A stretch of 64,000 nt of DNA, from positions 2,196,885 to 2,260,884 of the forward strand of contig CBDAUG010000001.1 in assembly GCA_965200495.1 (NCBI GenBank), written 5' to 3'. Below, piece after piece: positions 28,885 through 40,293 of this stretch; the first letter of the stretch is position 1; each line of letters starts with the position of its first letter. A model generated the notes under the pieces. It worked only from the letters and a program-made list of their open reading frames with translations, was not told where the DNA came from and ran no database searches. The translations under genes and the position numbers were made by a program. This DNA is from Alphaproteobacteria bacterium. GTDB taxonomy: Bacteria > Pseudomonadota > Alphaproteobacteria > SP197.

Positions 28885-29471
28885 TCGGGCGTCTGACCGG
28901 TCGCCTGGATGTGGTGACAGACGACCGGGTGATCCTTGATGTCGAGGGTGTGGGCTACTGCGTTGTCTGCTCGGCGCGCACTGTCAGTGCCCTGGCGGGC
29001 CAGGGGGGTGATGCCTGCCTCCTCATCGAAACAATGATCCGCGACGACCGGATCGTTCTCTACGGATTTGCCGACGCCGCCGAGCAGGCGATCTTCAGGA
29101 TGCTGACCACGGTTCAGGGGGTTGGTCCCCGCGGTGCCCTCGCCATCCTCTCGGTGCTGGGTCCCGATGACCTGGTCGATGCCGTGAGAGCGCATGACAG
29201 GCGCGCGATCGCAAGGGCCAGCGGTGTGGGCCCCAAGCTCGCAACGCGGATCATCACCGAACTCGCGGACAGCCTGGAGACCATGGCGCCGCCGTCCGCA
29301 GCCGGTGAGGGAACGGCGGCGGGCGGGGTCGAGTCGGACGCGATTGCCGCTCTGGTCAATCTGGGATACACGCGCTCGCAGGCGTGGCGGGCAGTCACCT
29401 CGGCGCGCCAGACCGCGGAGGCAGGACTGGACGCGCTCATCCGGGCGAGCCTGAAGGAACTGGCGCGATGA
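28881..29471 (+). CDS. ruvA: Holliday junction branch migration protein RuvA
   Basis: [26 protein letters not shown]…; overlapping start and stop with ruvC and ruvB. Confidence 0.9.
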   Translation: MIGRLTGRLDVVTDDRVILDVEGVGYCVVCSARTVSALAGQGGDACLLIETMIRDDRIVLYGFADAAEQAIFRMLTTVQGVGPRGALAILSVLGPDDLVDAVRAHDRRAIARASGVGPKLATRIITELADSLETMAPPSAAGEGTAAGGVESDAIAALVNLGYTRSQAWRAVTSARQTAEAGLDALIRASLKELAR

Positions 29472-30508
29472 CGGACGAAAACGGACGACTGGTGGACGCG
29501 ACCGGGACGGATGGCGAACAGGCGCCGTCCTTGCGCCCGCGCAGATTTGCGGAGTTCATCGGCCAGACAGCGGTGACCGAAAGCCTGATGACCGGAATCC
29601 GCGCCGCCCGTGGCCGTCGTGAAGTGCTTGATCACGTGCTTCTGCATGGTCCGCCCGGTCTCGGCAAGACAACCCTTGCGCGCATTATTGCCAATGAACT
29701 CGGCGTCAGATTTCACCAGACGTCGGGTCCTGTCATCATGCGCGCCGGCGATCTTGCTGCCCAGCTCACCAACCTCGATGAGGGTGACGTTCTTTTCATC
29801 GACGAGATTCACCGCCTCAATCCTGCCGTGGAAGAAGTGTTGTATCCGGCCATGGAAGACTTTCAGCTGGATCTCATCATCGGCGAGGGTCCGGCGGCAC
29901 GGTCGGTCCGGATCGACCTGCAGAACTTTACCCTGGTCGGCGCGACAACGCGCGCGGGCCTGATCACCAAGCCGCTTTATGACCGCTTCCTGATCCCGCA
30001 ACGCCTCGATTTCTACGACGCCGATGCCCTTGCCGTGATGCTCCTGCGCCTGGCAGGGGTCATGCATGTCACCCTGGCTGCCGACGGTGCACGGGAACTG
30101 GCGGCCAGGGCGCGCGGAACCCCGAGAGTGGCCGGCAGGCTGCTGCGCCGGGTTCGCGATGAAGCCTTTGACATGGTGGATGTCATCGACGCGGTCTTTG
30201 CCCGGCAGGCATTGGAGAAACTGGGCGTTGACGAAAAGGGCATGGACGCCATGGACAGGAGGTATCTCGCTTGCATCGCCCACAACTATGGTGGAGGTCC
30301 GGTCGGTGTCGAGACCCTCGCGGCGGCGTTGTCCGAGCACAGGAATGCCATCGAAGACGTCATCGAGCCATTCATGATGCAGCAGGGATTCATCAGGCGC
30401 ACGTCCAGCGGCCGTGTTCTCGCCGCCGCCGGCTGGCGTCATCTGGGGCTTCCTGTTCCCGCGGACGATACCCCCGATCTCTTCGCAGACGCGCGGACGG
30501 ATGACTAA
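29468..30508 (+). CDS. ruvB: Holliday junction ATP-dependent DNA helicase RuvB
   Basis: [12 protein letters not shown]…[14 protein letters not shown]…[10 protein letters not shown] (AAA+ Walker A/B). Confidence 0.9.
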   Translation: MTDENGRLVDATGTDGEQAPSLRPRRFAEFIGQTAVTESLMTGIRAARGRREVLDHVLLHGPPGLGKTTLARIIANELGVRFHQTSGPVIMRAGDLAAQLTNLDEGDVLFIDEIHRLNPAVEEVLYPAMEDFQLDLIIGEGPAARSVRIDLQNFTLVGATTRAGLITKPLYDRFLIPQRLDFYDADALAVMLLRLAGVMHVTLAADGARELAARARGTPRVAGRLLRRVRDEAFDMVDVIDAVFARQALEKLGVDEKGMDAMDRRYLACIAHNYGGGPVGVETLAAALSEHRNAIEDVIEPFMMQQGFIRRTSSGRVLAAAGWRHLGLPVPADDTPDLFADARTDD

Positions 30509-30920
30509 ACCGTTCGGCAGGATCAGGACACGGATCTACCATGAAGACACCGATGCGGGTGGCATTGTCTACCATACCGCGTACCTGCGCTTTGCCGAAC
30601 GGGGTCGCACGGAACTGCTGCGCTCTCTGGGACACGATCACCGGAGCCTGCGCGTGCGGGATGGCGGCGGCTTTGTTGTGCGTTCCATGACTGTCGACTA
30701 TGCATCGGCCGCAAGGCTTGATGACGAGGTCGAGATCGAGACAGAGGTTGTCGCGGTGAAGCGCGCCAGTCTCCTTGTGCGGCAGGCCATCGTGCGTGAT
30801 CGCCGCACGCTCGTTTCGCTGGATGTGCGCCTTGCGTTCCTCGGCGCCGCTGGCAGGGCGATGCGTCTTCCGGCAGCGCTCCGGGAGACATGTGACCGAT
30901 ACGCTGGCAAAGGAAACTGA
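30501..30920 (+). CDS. ybgC: Tol-Pal-associated acyl-CoA thioesterase YbgC (hotdog fold)
   Basis: [41 protein letters not shown]… Sits upstream of tolQ. Confidence 0.8.
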   Translation: MTKPFGRIRTRIYHEDTDAGGIVYHTAYLRFAERGRTELLRSLGHDHRSLRVRDGGGFVVRSMTVDYASAARLDDEVEIETEVVAVKRASLLVRQAIVRDRRTLVSLDVRLAFLGAAGRAMRLPAALRETCDRYAGKGN

Positions 30921-30966
30921 ACCCGTGGAAGCGACTGTACTTGCTGATGTGTCGGCCCATGGCGAC

Positions 30967-31647
30967 ATGTCCGTGTGGAGCCTGTTCTGGCGTGCCGATG
31001 CCGTTGTCAAGTTCGTCATGCTGCTGTTGCTGGCGGCCTCGGTCTGGTGCTGGGCCATCATCTTCGACAAGGTCAGAAGACTGCGCCAGCTTGGAGCGCG
31101 AGCGGCGGCGTTCGAGCAGGCATTCTGGTCGGGTGGTCCGCTCGACGAACTCTACAGGAACGTCGACGGGCTTGCGCCGCACCCGATGACGACGGTGTTC
31201 AAGGCTGCGATGGACGAGTTGCGGCGGGCCATGGGTCACCAGGAGATGATCGCCGACAGCCGTCTGCGCGCCGACCTCAAGCAAAGGATCGGCCAGGGGA
31301 TGCAGATCAGCATCGACCGCGAGATGGATGGTCTTGAACGTTACATGGGACTGTTGGCCACTGTGGGCTCCACGGCGCCCTTCGTCGGACTGTTCGGCAC
31401 CGTCTGGGGTATCATGAATGCCTTCACGGCCATCGCGGTCGAGCACAGCACATCGCTTGTCGTTGTTGCTCCGGGCATTGCCGAGGCGCTTTTTGCCACG
31501 GCACTCGGCCTGCTGGCGGCCATTCCCGCCGTGGTGGCCTACAACAAGCTTTCCGGTGACCTTGACCGCTACGCCAGTCGGCTCGAGAGCTTTGCCACGG
31601 AGTTCCACGCGCTGCTGTCGCGCCAGCTTGACGAGCACGGCGGCTGA
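30967..31647 (+). CDS. tolQ: Tol-Pal system protein TolQ
   Basis: MSVWSLFWRADAVVKFVMLLLLAASVWCWAIIFDKVRRL… MotA/TolQ/ExbB family. Start is tentative; an alternative GTG lies at 30892. Confidence 0.85.
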   Translation: MSVWSLFWRADAVVKFVMLLLLAASVWCWAIIFDKVRRLRQLGARAAAFEQAFWSGGPLDELYRNVDGLAPHPMTTVFKAAMDELRRAMGHQEMIADSRLRADLKQRIGQGMQISIDREMDGLERYMGLLATVGSTAPFVGLFGTVWGIMNAFTAIAVEHSTSLVVVAPGIAEALFATALGLLAAIPAVVAYNKLSGDLDRYASRLESFATEFHALLSRQLDEHGG

Positions 31648-32096
31648 TGGCGGTCCAATTCACCACGGCCAGTGCCAGGCGCAGCGCCCGGGCCGGGCGC
31701 CGGCGTCCTCCGATCAGCGAGATCAACGTCACGCCCCTGGTTGACGTCATGCTCGTTCTGCTGGTCGTGTTCATGGTCACCGCACCGCTGCTCACTGCCG
31801 GTGTCGAGGTTGATCTTCCGGAGGCTTCCGTCAGTGATCTGGCAGGCATGGATGAACCCGTCGAGGTCACAATCTCGGCCTCGGGCGAGATCTGGCTTGG
31901 CGAAACACCGGTGGAACTTGATCAGCTCGGACCGCGCCTGGCTGCCATCTCGGACAACAATCCCGATGTGCGAGTCTTCATCAGGGGAGACAGGAATGTG
32001 GCCTACGAGGAAGTCATGGCCGTCATGGGTGCGCTGACCGAGGCCGGTTTCCGTCACCTGGCGCTGGAGGCGCGACGCTTTGAAGGAGATTCCTGA
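31647..32096 (+). CDS. tolR: Tol-Pal system protein TolR
   Basis: ISEINVTPLVDVMLVLLVVFMVTAPLL…, the ExbD/TolR family. Confidence 0.85.
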   Translation: MAVQFTTASARRSARAGRRRPPISEINVTPLVDVMLVLLVVFMVTAPLLTAGVEVDLPEASVSDLAGMDEPVEVTISASGEIWLGETPVELDQLGPRLAAISDNNPDVRVFIRGDRNVAYEEVMAVMGALTEAGFRHLALEARRFEGDS

Positions 32097-32922
32097 AGGC
32101 GTGTCTCCCGTGGGCTGGGCCGGATCGATCGTCTTTCATGTCCTTGTCGTCACGCTTGGCCTGATGGGGCTTCCCGAACTGTGGCGTACGCCGCCGCCCG
32201 TTGCCGACAGCGTCACGGTCGATGTCATCACGGTTGCAGAGGAGAGCGTGGCGCCGCCGGAAAGTGTTGAGCCCGAACCCGAACCCGAACCCGCACCCGA
32301 ACCTGCGCCGGAGCCCGAGCCGACGCCCCCGAGTTCCGCCCGGACAGCCCCCGCCAACCCGGAAGAGACCCCGCCTGCCGAGGAGTCCGCGGAACAGCCC
32401 GTCGAGCCCCTGCAGGTGAGCGATGCCGTTCCGCTCCCGGTCACGAAACCCGATGCTCCGTCGCGTCCGGTGCAGGACGTGTCCTTCACGAGCGTCAGCG
32501 AAAGTCTGCTGGTCGACCGCAGGGACCGGGCGCCGGAGGAGCATTCCACCACCTTTGCCGATGTCGCATCGGCCCTTGACGGCGCGCCCGATGTGCCCGT
32601 TTCGGATGTCGAACTGGCCTCCCTGCGCCGCAGTATCGCCAACCAGGTGACAAGGAGATGGATCATCCAGAGCGGCGCCATCGATGCCCGGGACCTCATC
32701 GTCACCATCAAGGTGGTGCTCTCCATGGATGCCCGTGTCGTGCGCGCACGGATTGTCGGTGTCGAGGGAGGACAGAGCGAGAGAACGCGGCGGGTGGCGG
32801 CCGAGTCGGCCCTGCGGGCCGTTCTCTTTTTCCGCGATCATCCCTTCGAGAACCTGGACGGCAGCCGTTATGACATCTGGAAGGAACTGATCGTTCGGTT
32901 CGACCCCAGCGCCCAGTTCTGA
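32080..32922 (+). CDS. tolA: Tol-Pal system protein TolA (Pro/Glu-rich linker)
   Basis: N-terminal TM, a PEPEPEPAPEP low-complexity linker and a C-terminal TolA domain. Assignment relies on its position between tolR and tolB. Confidence 0.7.
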   Translation: MKEIPEGVSPVGWAGSIVFHVLVVTLGLMGLPELWRTPPPVADSVTVDVITVAEESVAPPESVEPEPEPEPAPEPAPEPEPTPPSSARTAPANPEETPPAEESAEQPVEPLQVSDAVPLPVTKPDAPSRPVQDVSFTSVSESLLVDRRDRAPEEHSTTFADVASALDGAPDVPVSDVELASLRRSIANQVTRRWIIQSGAIDARDLIVTIKVVLSMDARVVRARIVGVEGGQSERTRRVAAESALRAVLFFRDHPFENLDGSRYDIWKELIVRFDPSAQF

Positions 32923-33096
32923 GCGACGCCGTCACGGGCATTGTGCGAATCGCCGTCTCGCTTGCAGGCAGCCGGCCGGATGGTTCGGCCACGGCGTCAT
33001 TCGGCGCTTGATTCGCGCGCGCAGTTGCCGGTATCAACACAGGATGTGCGTGGGAGGCGACAGCCCGGACGTTCGGGAGACAGGACGACACAATCA

Positions 33097-34443
33097 ATGA
33101 TCGCATATGTCACCAGGTTCATTCTGGCGGGGGTTTTCTGTGCAGCCCTGTTCATCGGCAGGGCTGATGCACAGCTTGATGTCGGTGTGACCGAGGGGCG
33201 TGCCGATCCGGTTCCCGTTGCAGTGACAGATTTCAACGGCGTGGGCCCGCTGGCCGACCTGGGGGCCGACATCGCTGCGGTGGTGAAGGCCGATCTGGAG
33301 TTCTCCGGGCTTTTCCGCGCGATTCCGCCTGGCGCCTTTCTCCAGGATCCGACATCGCTCGGGGAGGACGCGCAGCCGCGTTTCGACCTGTGGCGCAGGA
33401 GCGGGGCGCAGGCACTCGTGACCGGCTGGGTGTCGACCGAGAGTGATGGTCGTATCCGGGTGAGCTTCCGCCTGTTCGACACGCTTGCCGAAGAGGGGCT
33501 GGTGGGTTTCGTCTTCCGTGGCGGTCAGGGAATCTGGCGGCGCATTGCCCACAAGGTCTCCGATGCCGTCTACCGGCGATTGACCGGTGAAGGCGGCTAT
33601 TTCGATACCCGTATTGCCTATGTTCACGAGGAAGGCCCGCAGACGGCGCTCACCAAGCGCATCGCCATCATGGACTATGACGGGGAAAACCACAGATTCC
33701 TGACGTCGGGAGACCACACGGTGCTGACACCGCGATTCTCGCCGACGATTCAGAAAATCGCCTATTTCTCCTACTTCAACGAGACCACGCCGCGCGTCAA
33801 CTTGCTGGATCTGGAGACAGGACGGCGCGATGTGCTGGGCGACTTTCCGGGCATGACCTTTGCGCCGCGATTTTCGCCTGATGGATCAAGTGTGATCATG
33901 TCGCTTGCCATCAACGGCAACACGGACATCTATGTGATGAATCTCGAAACCCGCACCATCAGGCAGTTGACGGACGGCTCCCATATCGAGACGTCACCGT
34001 CCTACTCGCCGGACGGCTCACGGATCGCCTTCACGTCGGATCGCTCGGGGCGCACGCAGATCTACGTCATGAACGCCGACGGCAGCGAGCAGAATCGCAT
34101 CAGCTGGGATCTCGACAACCGGGCCTCCTATTCGACACCCGTATGGTCGCCGCGCGGCGATCTCATCGCCTTCACAAAGCACATCCCGGACAGCGACTGG
34201 GCCATCGGCGTGATGACCCCCGAACCGGGCGAGGGAGAAAGGCTGCTGGCGTTCGGCGATCTTGTCGAGGGGCCGACCTGGTCGCCCAACGGGCGTGTCA
34301 TCATGTTTGCCCACGAAACCTACGGTGCCAGCGAGGGTACCGAGAGGGTCATCAAGAGCATCGACCTGACCGGATATGTCGAGCGCACGATCCGCACACG
34401 AGGCGCCGCGAGCGATCCGGCATGGTCCGCCTTGATTCCCTGA
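33097..34443 (+). CDS. tolB: Tol-Pal system beta-propeller protein TolB
   Basis: Signal peptide, then an N-terminal domain and WD-like β-propeller repeats (…DGSRIAFTSDRSG…). Confidence 0.9.
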   Translation: MIAYVTRFILAGVFCAALFIGRADAQLDVGVTEGRADPVPVAVTDFNGVGPLADLGADIAAVVKADLEFSGLFRAIPPGAFLQDPTSLGEDAQPRFDLWRRSGAQALVTGWVSTESDGRIRVSFRLFDTLAEEGLVGFVFRGGQGIWRRIAHKVSDAVYRRLTGEGGYFDTRIAYVHEEGPQTALTKRIAIMDYDGENHRFLTSGDHTVLTPRFSPTIQKIAYFSYFNETTPRVNLLDLETGRRDVLGDFPGMTFAPRFSPDGSSVIMSLAINGNTDIYVMNLETRTIRQLTDGSHIETSPSYSPDGSRIAFTSDRSGRTQIYVMNADGSEQNRISWDLDNRASYSTPVWSPRGDLIAFTKHIPDSDWAIGVMTPEPGEGERLLAFGDLVEGPTWSPNGRVIMFAHETYGASEGTERVIKSIDLTGYVERTIRTRGAASDPAWSALIP

Positions 34444-34580
34444 CTTGCGGTCGTCTATAGAGTGCAGGGTGTTGTGAACCGACAGCCGATGTTGAGGTTG
34501 ACAGCCAGCGCTGTTTGCGGTCATTAGTGGCGCGTTTTGTTGGGGTATATTGGGGATCTATCCGGAAAGGGGGCTTTTCC

Positions 34581-35081
34581 ATGCGTTTCAAACTGATTGC
34601 GGCCCTGGCAGCGGGTCTTCTGCTGGCTGCGTGCGAGTCCACCCCGGAGGTCGCCGAAGAAGACGACAGCGCCGGCGTTGTCGATGTCGCCGAGGAGATT
34701 GCGGTCGAGGCCGACCCCATTGATCCGAGGTCCGAACGCTACATTGAGGACGTTCTTGGCAAGCGGGTCTTCTTTGCCCTCGACAGTTCGGTGCTCAATG
34801 CGCGCGCCCAGTCGACCATTCGCCGCTGGGCCGATTGGATGAACGACTTCAGTGATGTCAATGTGATCATCGAGGGCCATTGCGACGAACGCGGTACCCG
34901 CGAGTACAACCTGGCGCTCGGCGACAGGCGCGCCAATGCCGTCAAGGATCATCTGGTTGTCCTGGGCATCGATCCCAATCGCATCACGACAATCAGCTAC
35001 GGCAAGGAACGCCCCCTCGTGCTCGGCCATACCGAAGCCGCGTGGGGACAGAACCGCCGGGGTGATCTGACCATCAGTTGA
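34581..35081 (+). CDS. pal: Peptidoglycan-associated lipoprotein Pal (OmpA-like)
   Basis: Lipobox LLLAAC. OmpA domain NVIIEGHCDERGTREYNLALGDRRANAV. RBS AAAGGGGG sits upstream. Confidence 0.9.
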   Translation: MRFKLIAALAAGLLLAACESTPEVAEEDDSAGVVDVAEEIAVEADPIDPRSERYIEDVLGKRVFFALDSSVLNARAQSTIRRWADWMNDFSDVNVIIEGHCDERGTREYNLALGDRRANAVKDHLVVLGIDPNRITTISYGKERPLVLGHTEAAWGQNRRGDLTIS

Positions 35082-35197
35082 CCCCGCTCGGGAGGGCTGG
35101 ATGCAAACATCCAGCCCTCGTGAACCCGGACCGGTGCTGCAGAACACCCAAGAATGTGTTTGTCGGGTGTGATGTTCGCCGGCGTTCCTGGAGAGCG

Positions 35198-36010
35198 ATG
35201 GTGGCCATGAAAAGAGTCCTTCTGGCAGTTCTTGTCATTGCGTCAGCCGGTCCGGCCGGTGCTCAGGATGGGATGGCTGAACTGGCGCAGACCCTGGAAA
35301 GCCTGCGCAGGGATGTCACTGATCTCCAGGCGTTCATCTACAAGACAGATTTTCCCGAAGACGGCGGCATTGCCGGCGCGTCCTTTGATGGCAGCAAGCT
35401 GCATGCCGCCATGCAGCAGATCGAAGAATCACTGCGACATCTTGCGGGGCGCATGGACGGCCTGGAATTTGCCCAGCGTCAGCTTCGTGAACAGCTTGCC
35501 GCTCTCGAGGCCGATGTCGCCGCGCGGACCGCCACCGGCGCCCTCGCCTCGGAGACGCAAGACGGCGTGCTGCCGCAGGATCCGCAGACCGGGACGCTCG
35601 CCGAGGAGGGTCTGTTGCCGCCGGGAACGGAAGCGGAGAAGTATGATCACGCCTTCTCGCTTCTGCGCAAGGCCGACTACGAGGCGGCCGAGCGTGCCTT
35701 TTCGGCATTCATCGACGAGTACCCGGAAAGCGAACTGGTTGGCAATGCATGGCACTGGATCGGATCCATGGACTTCGTGCGCGACCGGTTTCGTGAAGCG
35801 GCCGTTGCCTTTCTCAAGAGCTATCAGGAGGCTCCGGAAGGGCCCAAGGCCGCGGGCAGTCTGCTCAAGCTTGGCACGTCCCTGGGGCAGCTTGGCAAGC
35901 AGGGGGAGGCCTGTGCGACGTTCCGCGAGTTCATGGAGCGGTTTCCCGACGCGGGGGAGGCACTGCTCGGTCAGGCGCGCGAGGCGGCGGCCGCCACCGG
36001 GTGCACCTGA
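35198..36010 (+). CDS. cpoB: Cell division coordinator CpoB/YbgF (coiled coil + TPR)
   Basis: Signal peptide, a coiled-coil region, and C-terminal TPR repeats (…YDHAFSLLRKADYEAAERAF…). Confidence 0.8.
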   Translation: MVAMKRVLLAVLVIASAGPAGAQDGMAELAQTLESLRRDVTDLQAFIYKTDFPEDGGIAGASFDGSKLHAAMQQIEESLRHLAGRMDGLEFAQRQLREQLAALEADVAARTATGALASETQDGVLPQDPQTGTLAEEGLLPPGTEAEKYDHAFSLLRKADYEAAERAFSAFIDEYPESELVGNAWHWIGSMDFVRDRFREAAVAFLKSYQEAPEGPKAAGSLLKLGTSLGQLGKQGEACATFREFMERFPDAGEALLGQAREAAAATGCT

Positions 36011-36039
36011 CTTGCGCCGCACCGCAGCCATCCTTCACG

Positions 36040-37272
36040 ATGCTGGCCGAGGCAGCTGAAGAGCCTCTGGGAGGTGTCGAATTTGCCGGAGCCATGGCGG
36101 CACTGGCTCCCTTTGAAACCTCTCCGCGCCTTGCCGTGGCCCTTTCCGGCGGGCCCGACAGCACGGCGCTTGCCCTGCTGGCCGACGCGTGGGTGCGGGC
36201 GCGGGACGGCACGATGGTGGCCTTCATTGTCGATCATGGTCTGGGCGAGGGATCCGCCGGCGCGGCACGGGCAACGGCAAGACGCTGCGCGACGTGGGGC
36301 ATCTCTTGGCACATTCTCACCTGGAAGGGGCCGAAACCGACACGGGCCATTGAGGAGACGGCGCGCCACACACGCTATCGTCTTCTGGGTACTGCCTGCC
36401 GCCGCCACGGTGTTCTCCACCTTCTGACAGCACACCACCTTCAGGACCACCGGGAGACGGTTGCCCTGCGCCGTGAAGCCGGCAGCGGACCCATGGGGCT
36501 GGCCGGCATGTCCCGTTGTGTCGAACGCCCGGATTTCAGGATTCTGAGACCCCTTTTGGGTTTTCACCCTGCACGACTCAAGGCGACACTTCTCGAGAGG
36601 GGCGAGCACTGGCTCGATGACCCCATGAACCGCGACCCCAGGTTCGCCCGTGTTCGTCTGCGCCAGCGGGGTGTTCCCGACTGTGGCTCCGGCCATGCCG
36701 AAAGGCGCATGGAACTGGAAGGCGCGCTCGCCGGCGTTTTGCCGCACATGGCTTGCGTCGATGACCAGGGTGTGGCGACATTCGACCGCCCTGGCTGGCA
36801 ATGCCTGCCGGCTGATATCCGTCGCCTTGTTCTTGAGCGCCTGGCGATGACCGTGGGCGGGCATGCCTATCCGCCAGCCACCCGCAAGACCGAGCGGCTG
36901 GCGCGTCTGCTTGATTCGCACGAGACGGTGGCCGTCACTCTTGGTGGTTGCCGGTGGCAGGGTGGCGCAGAGGTGACGGTCAGGCGCGAGCGGCGGAATC
37001 TTCCTGTCATGGATGGGCATGGCGGGGAGGGAGAGATTCTCTGGGACGGACGGTTTCGCGTCACGGTGCCGGACGGGCCCTGGCGCATCCGGCCTGACGG
37101 CGGTTCCTTGCCGGTGGTCGAACGGCCTTCGGGCGATCCCTGGACTGGCGACGGCCGGTCCATCCGTTTCGCACCCCGACAGCCCCTGACGGGCCCGCTC
37201 TTCTCGCGTGGCGCTGCGGAAGCACCACAATGCGGCGCGGGCACTGGAAATTCGCTCATCCAGTCACCATAA
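36040..37272 (+). CDS. tilS: tRNA(Ile)-lysidine synthetase TilS
   Basis: PP-loop SGGPDSTAL. Start is ambiguous between 36001 and 36040. Confidence 0.8.
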   Translation: MLAEAAEEPLGGVEFAGAMAALAPFETSPRLAVALSGGPDSTALALLADAWVRARDGTMVAFIVDHGLGEGSAGAARATARRCATWGISWHILTWKGPKPTRAIEETARHTRYRLLGTACRRHGVLHLLTAHHLQDHRETVALRREAGSGPMGLAGMSRCVERPDFRILRPLLGFHPARLKATLLERGEHWLDDPMNRDPRFARVRLRQRGVPDCGSGHAERRMELEGALAGVLPHMACVDDQGVATFDRPGWQCLPADIRRLVLERLAMTVGGHAYPPATRKTERLARLLDSHETVAVTLGGCRWQGGAEVTVRRERRNLPVMDGHGGEGEILWDGRFRVTVPDGPWRIRPDGGSLPVVERPSGDPWTGDGRSIRFAPRQPLTGPLFSRGAAEAPQCGAGTGNSLIQSP

Positions 37273-37303
37273 TATCTGTCGGATCAGGGTATCGGGACAC
37301 TCT

Positions 37304-39229
37304 TTGAGCAACTTCGGACGCAATCTCGCGCTATGGGTGATCATCGGTTTTCTGCTGATCGCTCTCTTCAACCTCTTCCAGCCTTCAGATGACGGCGAAC
37401 GGGAGATTGCCTATTCGTCCTTCCTGCAGGCGGTGGCTGCCGGGCAGGTGCAGGATGTCACCATTCAGGGGAACCGGATCACCGGCCACGAGGCCGGTGG
37501 CCAGGGTTTCTCGACCTATGCTCCGGATCATCCCGGTCTGGTGCCGCTTCTTGAGGAGCATGGGGTCATTATCTCCGCCGCTCCCGCAGATGAAGGAATG
37601 CCCTCCATCTTCAGCATTCTGCTTTCCTGGTTCCCGATGCTGCTTCTCATCGGCGTGTGGATCTTCTTCATGCGCCAGATGCAGGGAGGCGGCGGCAAGG
37701 CCATGGGATTCGGCCGCTCCAAGGCCAAGCTGCTGAACGAAAAACAGGGCCGTGTGACCTTCGAGGACGTGGCCGGTATCGACGAGGCCAAGGATGAGCT
37801 CGAAGAGATCGTCGAATACCTGAAGAATCCCCAGAAGTTCCAGAAGCTCGGCGGCAAGATTCCCAGGGGTGTGCTCCTGGTTGGCCCACCGGGAACCGGC
37901 AAGACCCTCCTGGCGCGGGCCATTGCCGGCGAGGCCAATGTGCCGTTCTACACGATTTCCGGTTCTGACTTTGTCGAGATGTTCGTCGGCGTGGGCGCCA
38001 GCCGCGTGCGTGACATGTTCGAGCAGTCCAAGAAGAATGCCCCGTGCATCATCTTCATTGACGAGATCGACGCCGTGGGGCGGCATCGCGGCGCCGGACT
38101 GGGAGGCGGCAACGACGAGCGTGAGCAGACGTTGAATCAACTGCTTGTCGAAATGGACGGCTTCGAGGCGAACGAGGGCATCATCCTGATTGCCGCCACC
38201 AATCGTCCGGACGTTCTCGACCCGGCGCTGCTCAGACCCGGGCGCTTCGATCGCCAGGTGGTGGTGCCCAATCCTGACATTCTCGGTCGCGAGAAGATCC
38301 TCAAGGTGCATACGCGCCAGACGCCGATTGCCGCCGATGTGATTCTCAAGACCATCGCCCGGGGCACGCCGGGCTTTTCCGGGGCCGATCTTGCGAATCT
38401 GGTGAACGAGGCCGCACTGCTCGCGGCGCGCCGGTCCAAGCGCGTGGTCACCATGCGGGAATTCGAGGACGCCAAGGACAAGGTGATGATGGGGGCCGAG
38501 CGGCGTTCCATGGTCATGACCGAGGACGAGAAGAAACTCACCGCCTACCATGAGGGCGGCCATGCGCTGGTCATGCTGTATGTGCCGGGGCACGAACCCC
38601 TTCACAAGGTGACCATCATTCCGCGCGGACGGGCGCTGGGCGTCACCATGTATCTTCCGGAGCGCGACCGGCTCAGTCTGTCGGAGCGCGAACTCAAGGC
38701 CAAGCTTGCCAGTCTCTTCGGAGGCCGCATTGCCGAAGAGATTGTGTTCGGCAAGGAGAACATCACCACGGGCGCCAGCAACGACATCAAGGTGGCCACC
38801 GATATCGCGCGCCGCATGGTCACGCAGTTCGGATTCTCCGACAAGCTGGGTCCGTTGCTCTATGGCGACAACGAGGAAGAGGTCTTCCTCGGCCACTCGG
38901 TGACGCAGCGCAAGAATGTTTCCGATTCGACGGCCGCCGTCATCGATTCGGAGATCCGTCGATTCATCGATGAGGGCGCCGACACGGCGCGTGAAATCCT
39001 GGAGTCCCGGCGCGACGAGCTCGAACTCCTGGCGGACGCCCTGCTCGAGCATGAAACCCTGACGGCAGACGAGGTGCGGCGGGTCATCAGGGGCGAGACG
39101 ATTATCCGCGGCGACAGTGACGAAGGTGAACATCAACCGCCGCCGCGTCAGGAATCATCGGTTCCGGCCACGGGCGAACGGGGAGGGGCAACGGCCGGAC
39201 CGGAGCCCGAACCGCAACCGGGGCATTGA
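37304..39229 (+). CDS. ftsH: ATP-dependent zinc metalloprotease FtsH
   Basis: (M)[17 protein letters not shown]… AAA+ motifs GPPGTGKT and DEIDAVG. Zinc motif HEGGHAL. The only in-frame start after the upstream stop is TTG at 37304, with GGGA 7 nt upstream. Confidence 0.9.
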   Translation: MSNFGRNLALWVIIGFLLIALFNLFQPSDDGEREIAYSSFLQAVAAGQVQDVTIQGNRITGHEAGGQGFSTYAPDHPGLVPLLEEHGVIISAAPADEGMPSIFSILLSWFPMLLLIGVWIFFMRQMQGGGGKAMGFGRSKAKLLNEKQGRVTFEDVAGIDEAKDELEEIVEYLKNPQKFQKLGGKIPRGVLLVGPPGTGKTLLARAIAGEANVPFYTISGSDFVEMFVGVGASRVRDMFEQSKKNAPCIIFIDEIDAVGRHRGAGLGGGNDEREQTLNQLLVEMDGFEANEGIILIAATNRPDVLDPALLRPGRFDRQVVVPNPDILGREKILKVHTRQTPIAADVILKTIARGTPGFSGADLANLVNEAALLAARRSKRVVTMREFEDAKDKVMMGAERRSMVMTEDEKKLTAYHEGGHALVMLYVPGHEPLHKVTIIPRGRALGVTMYLPERDRLSLSERELKAKLASLFGGRIAEEIVFGKENITTGASNDIKVATDIARRMVTQFGFSDKLGPLLYGDNEEEVFLGHSVTQRKNVSDSTAAVIDSEIRRFIDEGADTAREILESRRDELELLADALLEHETLTADEVRRVIRGETIIRGDSDEGEHQPPPRQESSVPATGERGGATAGPEPEPQPGH

Positions 39230-40293
39230 CCTCACAGATTGTCGACACTGACCCCGAGAGCCTCGCCGCCGCGTTCACTCCCGGTTGCAGACCGTACGTG
39301 CGGCCGGTGCAGGGAACGGGATCCCTGGAGATCATCGTGCGCAGGCCGGACGGGCTGTTTGCCGCGAGACTGGACGCGGCGGACCTGGACGCCTGGGCCG
39401 GGCACCTGCCGGAACCTGCGGCCCGGCGTCTTGCCACTCTCGTCAGCCGTCTTCGTTCGCCCCCGCGCGTGTTTGCCGGACTCGATCTGCAAGAACCCCG
39501 GGTCATGGGGATCATCAACACGACACCCGACAGTTTCTCCGATGGCGGCATGGCTCTCGATCCGCACGATGCCGTGGCCCGGGGCGAAGCCATGCGCGAA
39601 GCCGGCGCTGCCATTCTCGATGTCGGCGGGGAATCGACCCGCCCCGGGGCCGAACCGGTGGATTGGCGTGTGGAATCGGATCGCATTGTGCCCGTGGTCA
39701 CCCACTTTGCCGGTGTCGGTGCACGGGTTTGCGTTGACAGCCGCAAGGCGGAGGTGATGCGCATGGCCATTGCCGCTGGCGCTGCACTTGTCAACGATGT
39801 CAGCGCACTCACCCACGATCCATGGTCCATGGATGTCGTTGCCGGCGCCGGCGTGCCCGTCGTTCTCATGCACGCGCTCGGTGATCCGCGCACGATGCAG
39901 GACGCGCCAGCCTACGGTCATGTCAGTCTCGACATTCACGACTATCTCGAGAGCAGAATTGACGCCTGTCTCGAAGCCGGCATCGCCCGCAGCGCCATCG
40001 CCATTGACCCGGGGATAGGGTTCGGCAAGACAGTTGCCCACAACGTGACCTTGCTGCGCCACCTGGCATTGTTTCATGCTCTCGGCTGTCCCATTCTTCT
40101 GGGCGCATCGCGCAAGAGCTTCATCGGCCGGATCACGGGCGAGGAAAGACCGGCGCAACGCCTTGGCGGAAGCATCGCGGCAGCGCTGGCCGGGGTGGCA
40201 GCGGGTGCACAGCTCCTGCGGGTCCATGATGTCGCCGATACGGTGCAGGCGGTGAAGATCTGGTCAGCCATGGCGGAGCCGGTATCGACATGA
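39226..40293 (+). CDS. folP: Dihydropteroate synthase with ~85-aa N-terminal extension
   Basis: DHPS core begins at [16 protein letters not shown]. The ATG overlaps the ftsH stop (ATGA), which supports the long N-terminus. Confidence 0.85.
   Translation: MTSQIVDTDPESLAAAFTPGCRPYVRPVQGTGSLEIIVRRPDGLFAARLDAADLDAWAGHLPEPAARRLATLVSRLRSPPRVFAGLDLQEPRVMGIINTTPDSFSDGGMALDPHDAVARGEAMREAGAAILDVGGESTRPGAEPVDWRVESDRIVPVVTHFAGVGARVCVDSRKAEVMRMAIAAGAALVNDVSALTHDPWSMDVVAGAGVPVVLMHALGDPRTMQDAPAYGHVSLDIHDYLESRIDACLEAGIARSAIAIDPGIGFGKTVAHNVTLLRHLALFHALGCPILLGASRKSFIGRITGEERPAQRLGGSIAAALAGVAAGAQLLRVHDVADTVQAVKIWSAMAEPVST

Noticed and set aside
34498-34526. TTGACA-N17-TCATTA promoter-like hexamers upstream of pal
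   Set aside because: Weak −10 hexamer, and σ70 consensus is not reliable in this lineage. Not enough to call a promoter.
37385-39136. 583-aa minus-strand ORF
   Set aside because: Antisense to ftsH, a typical GC-rich shadow ORF.
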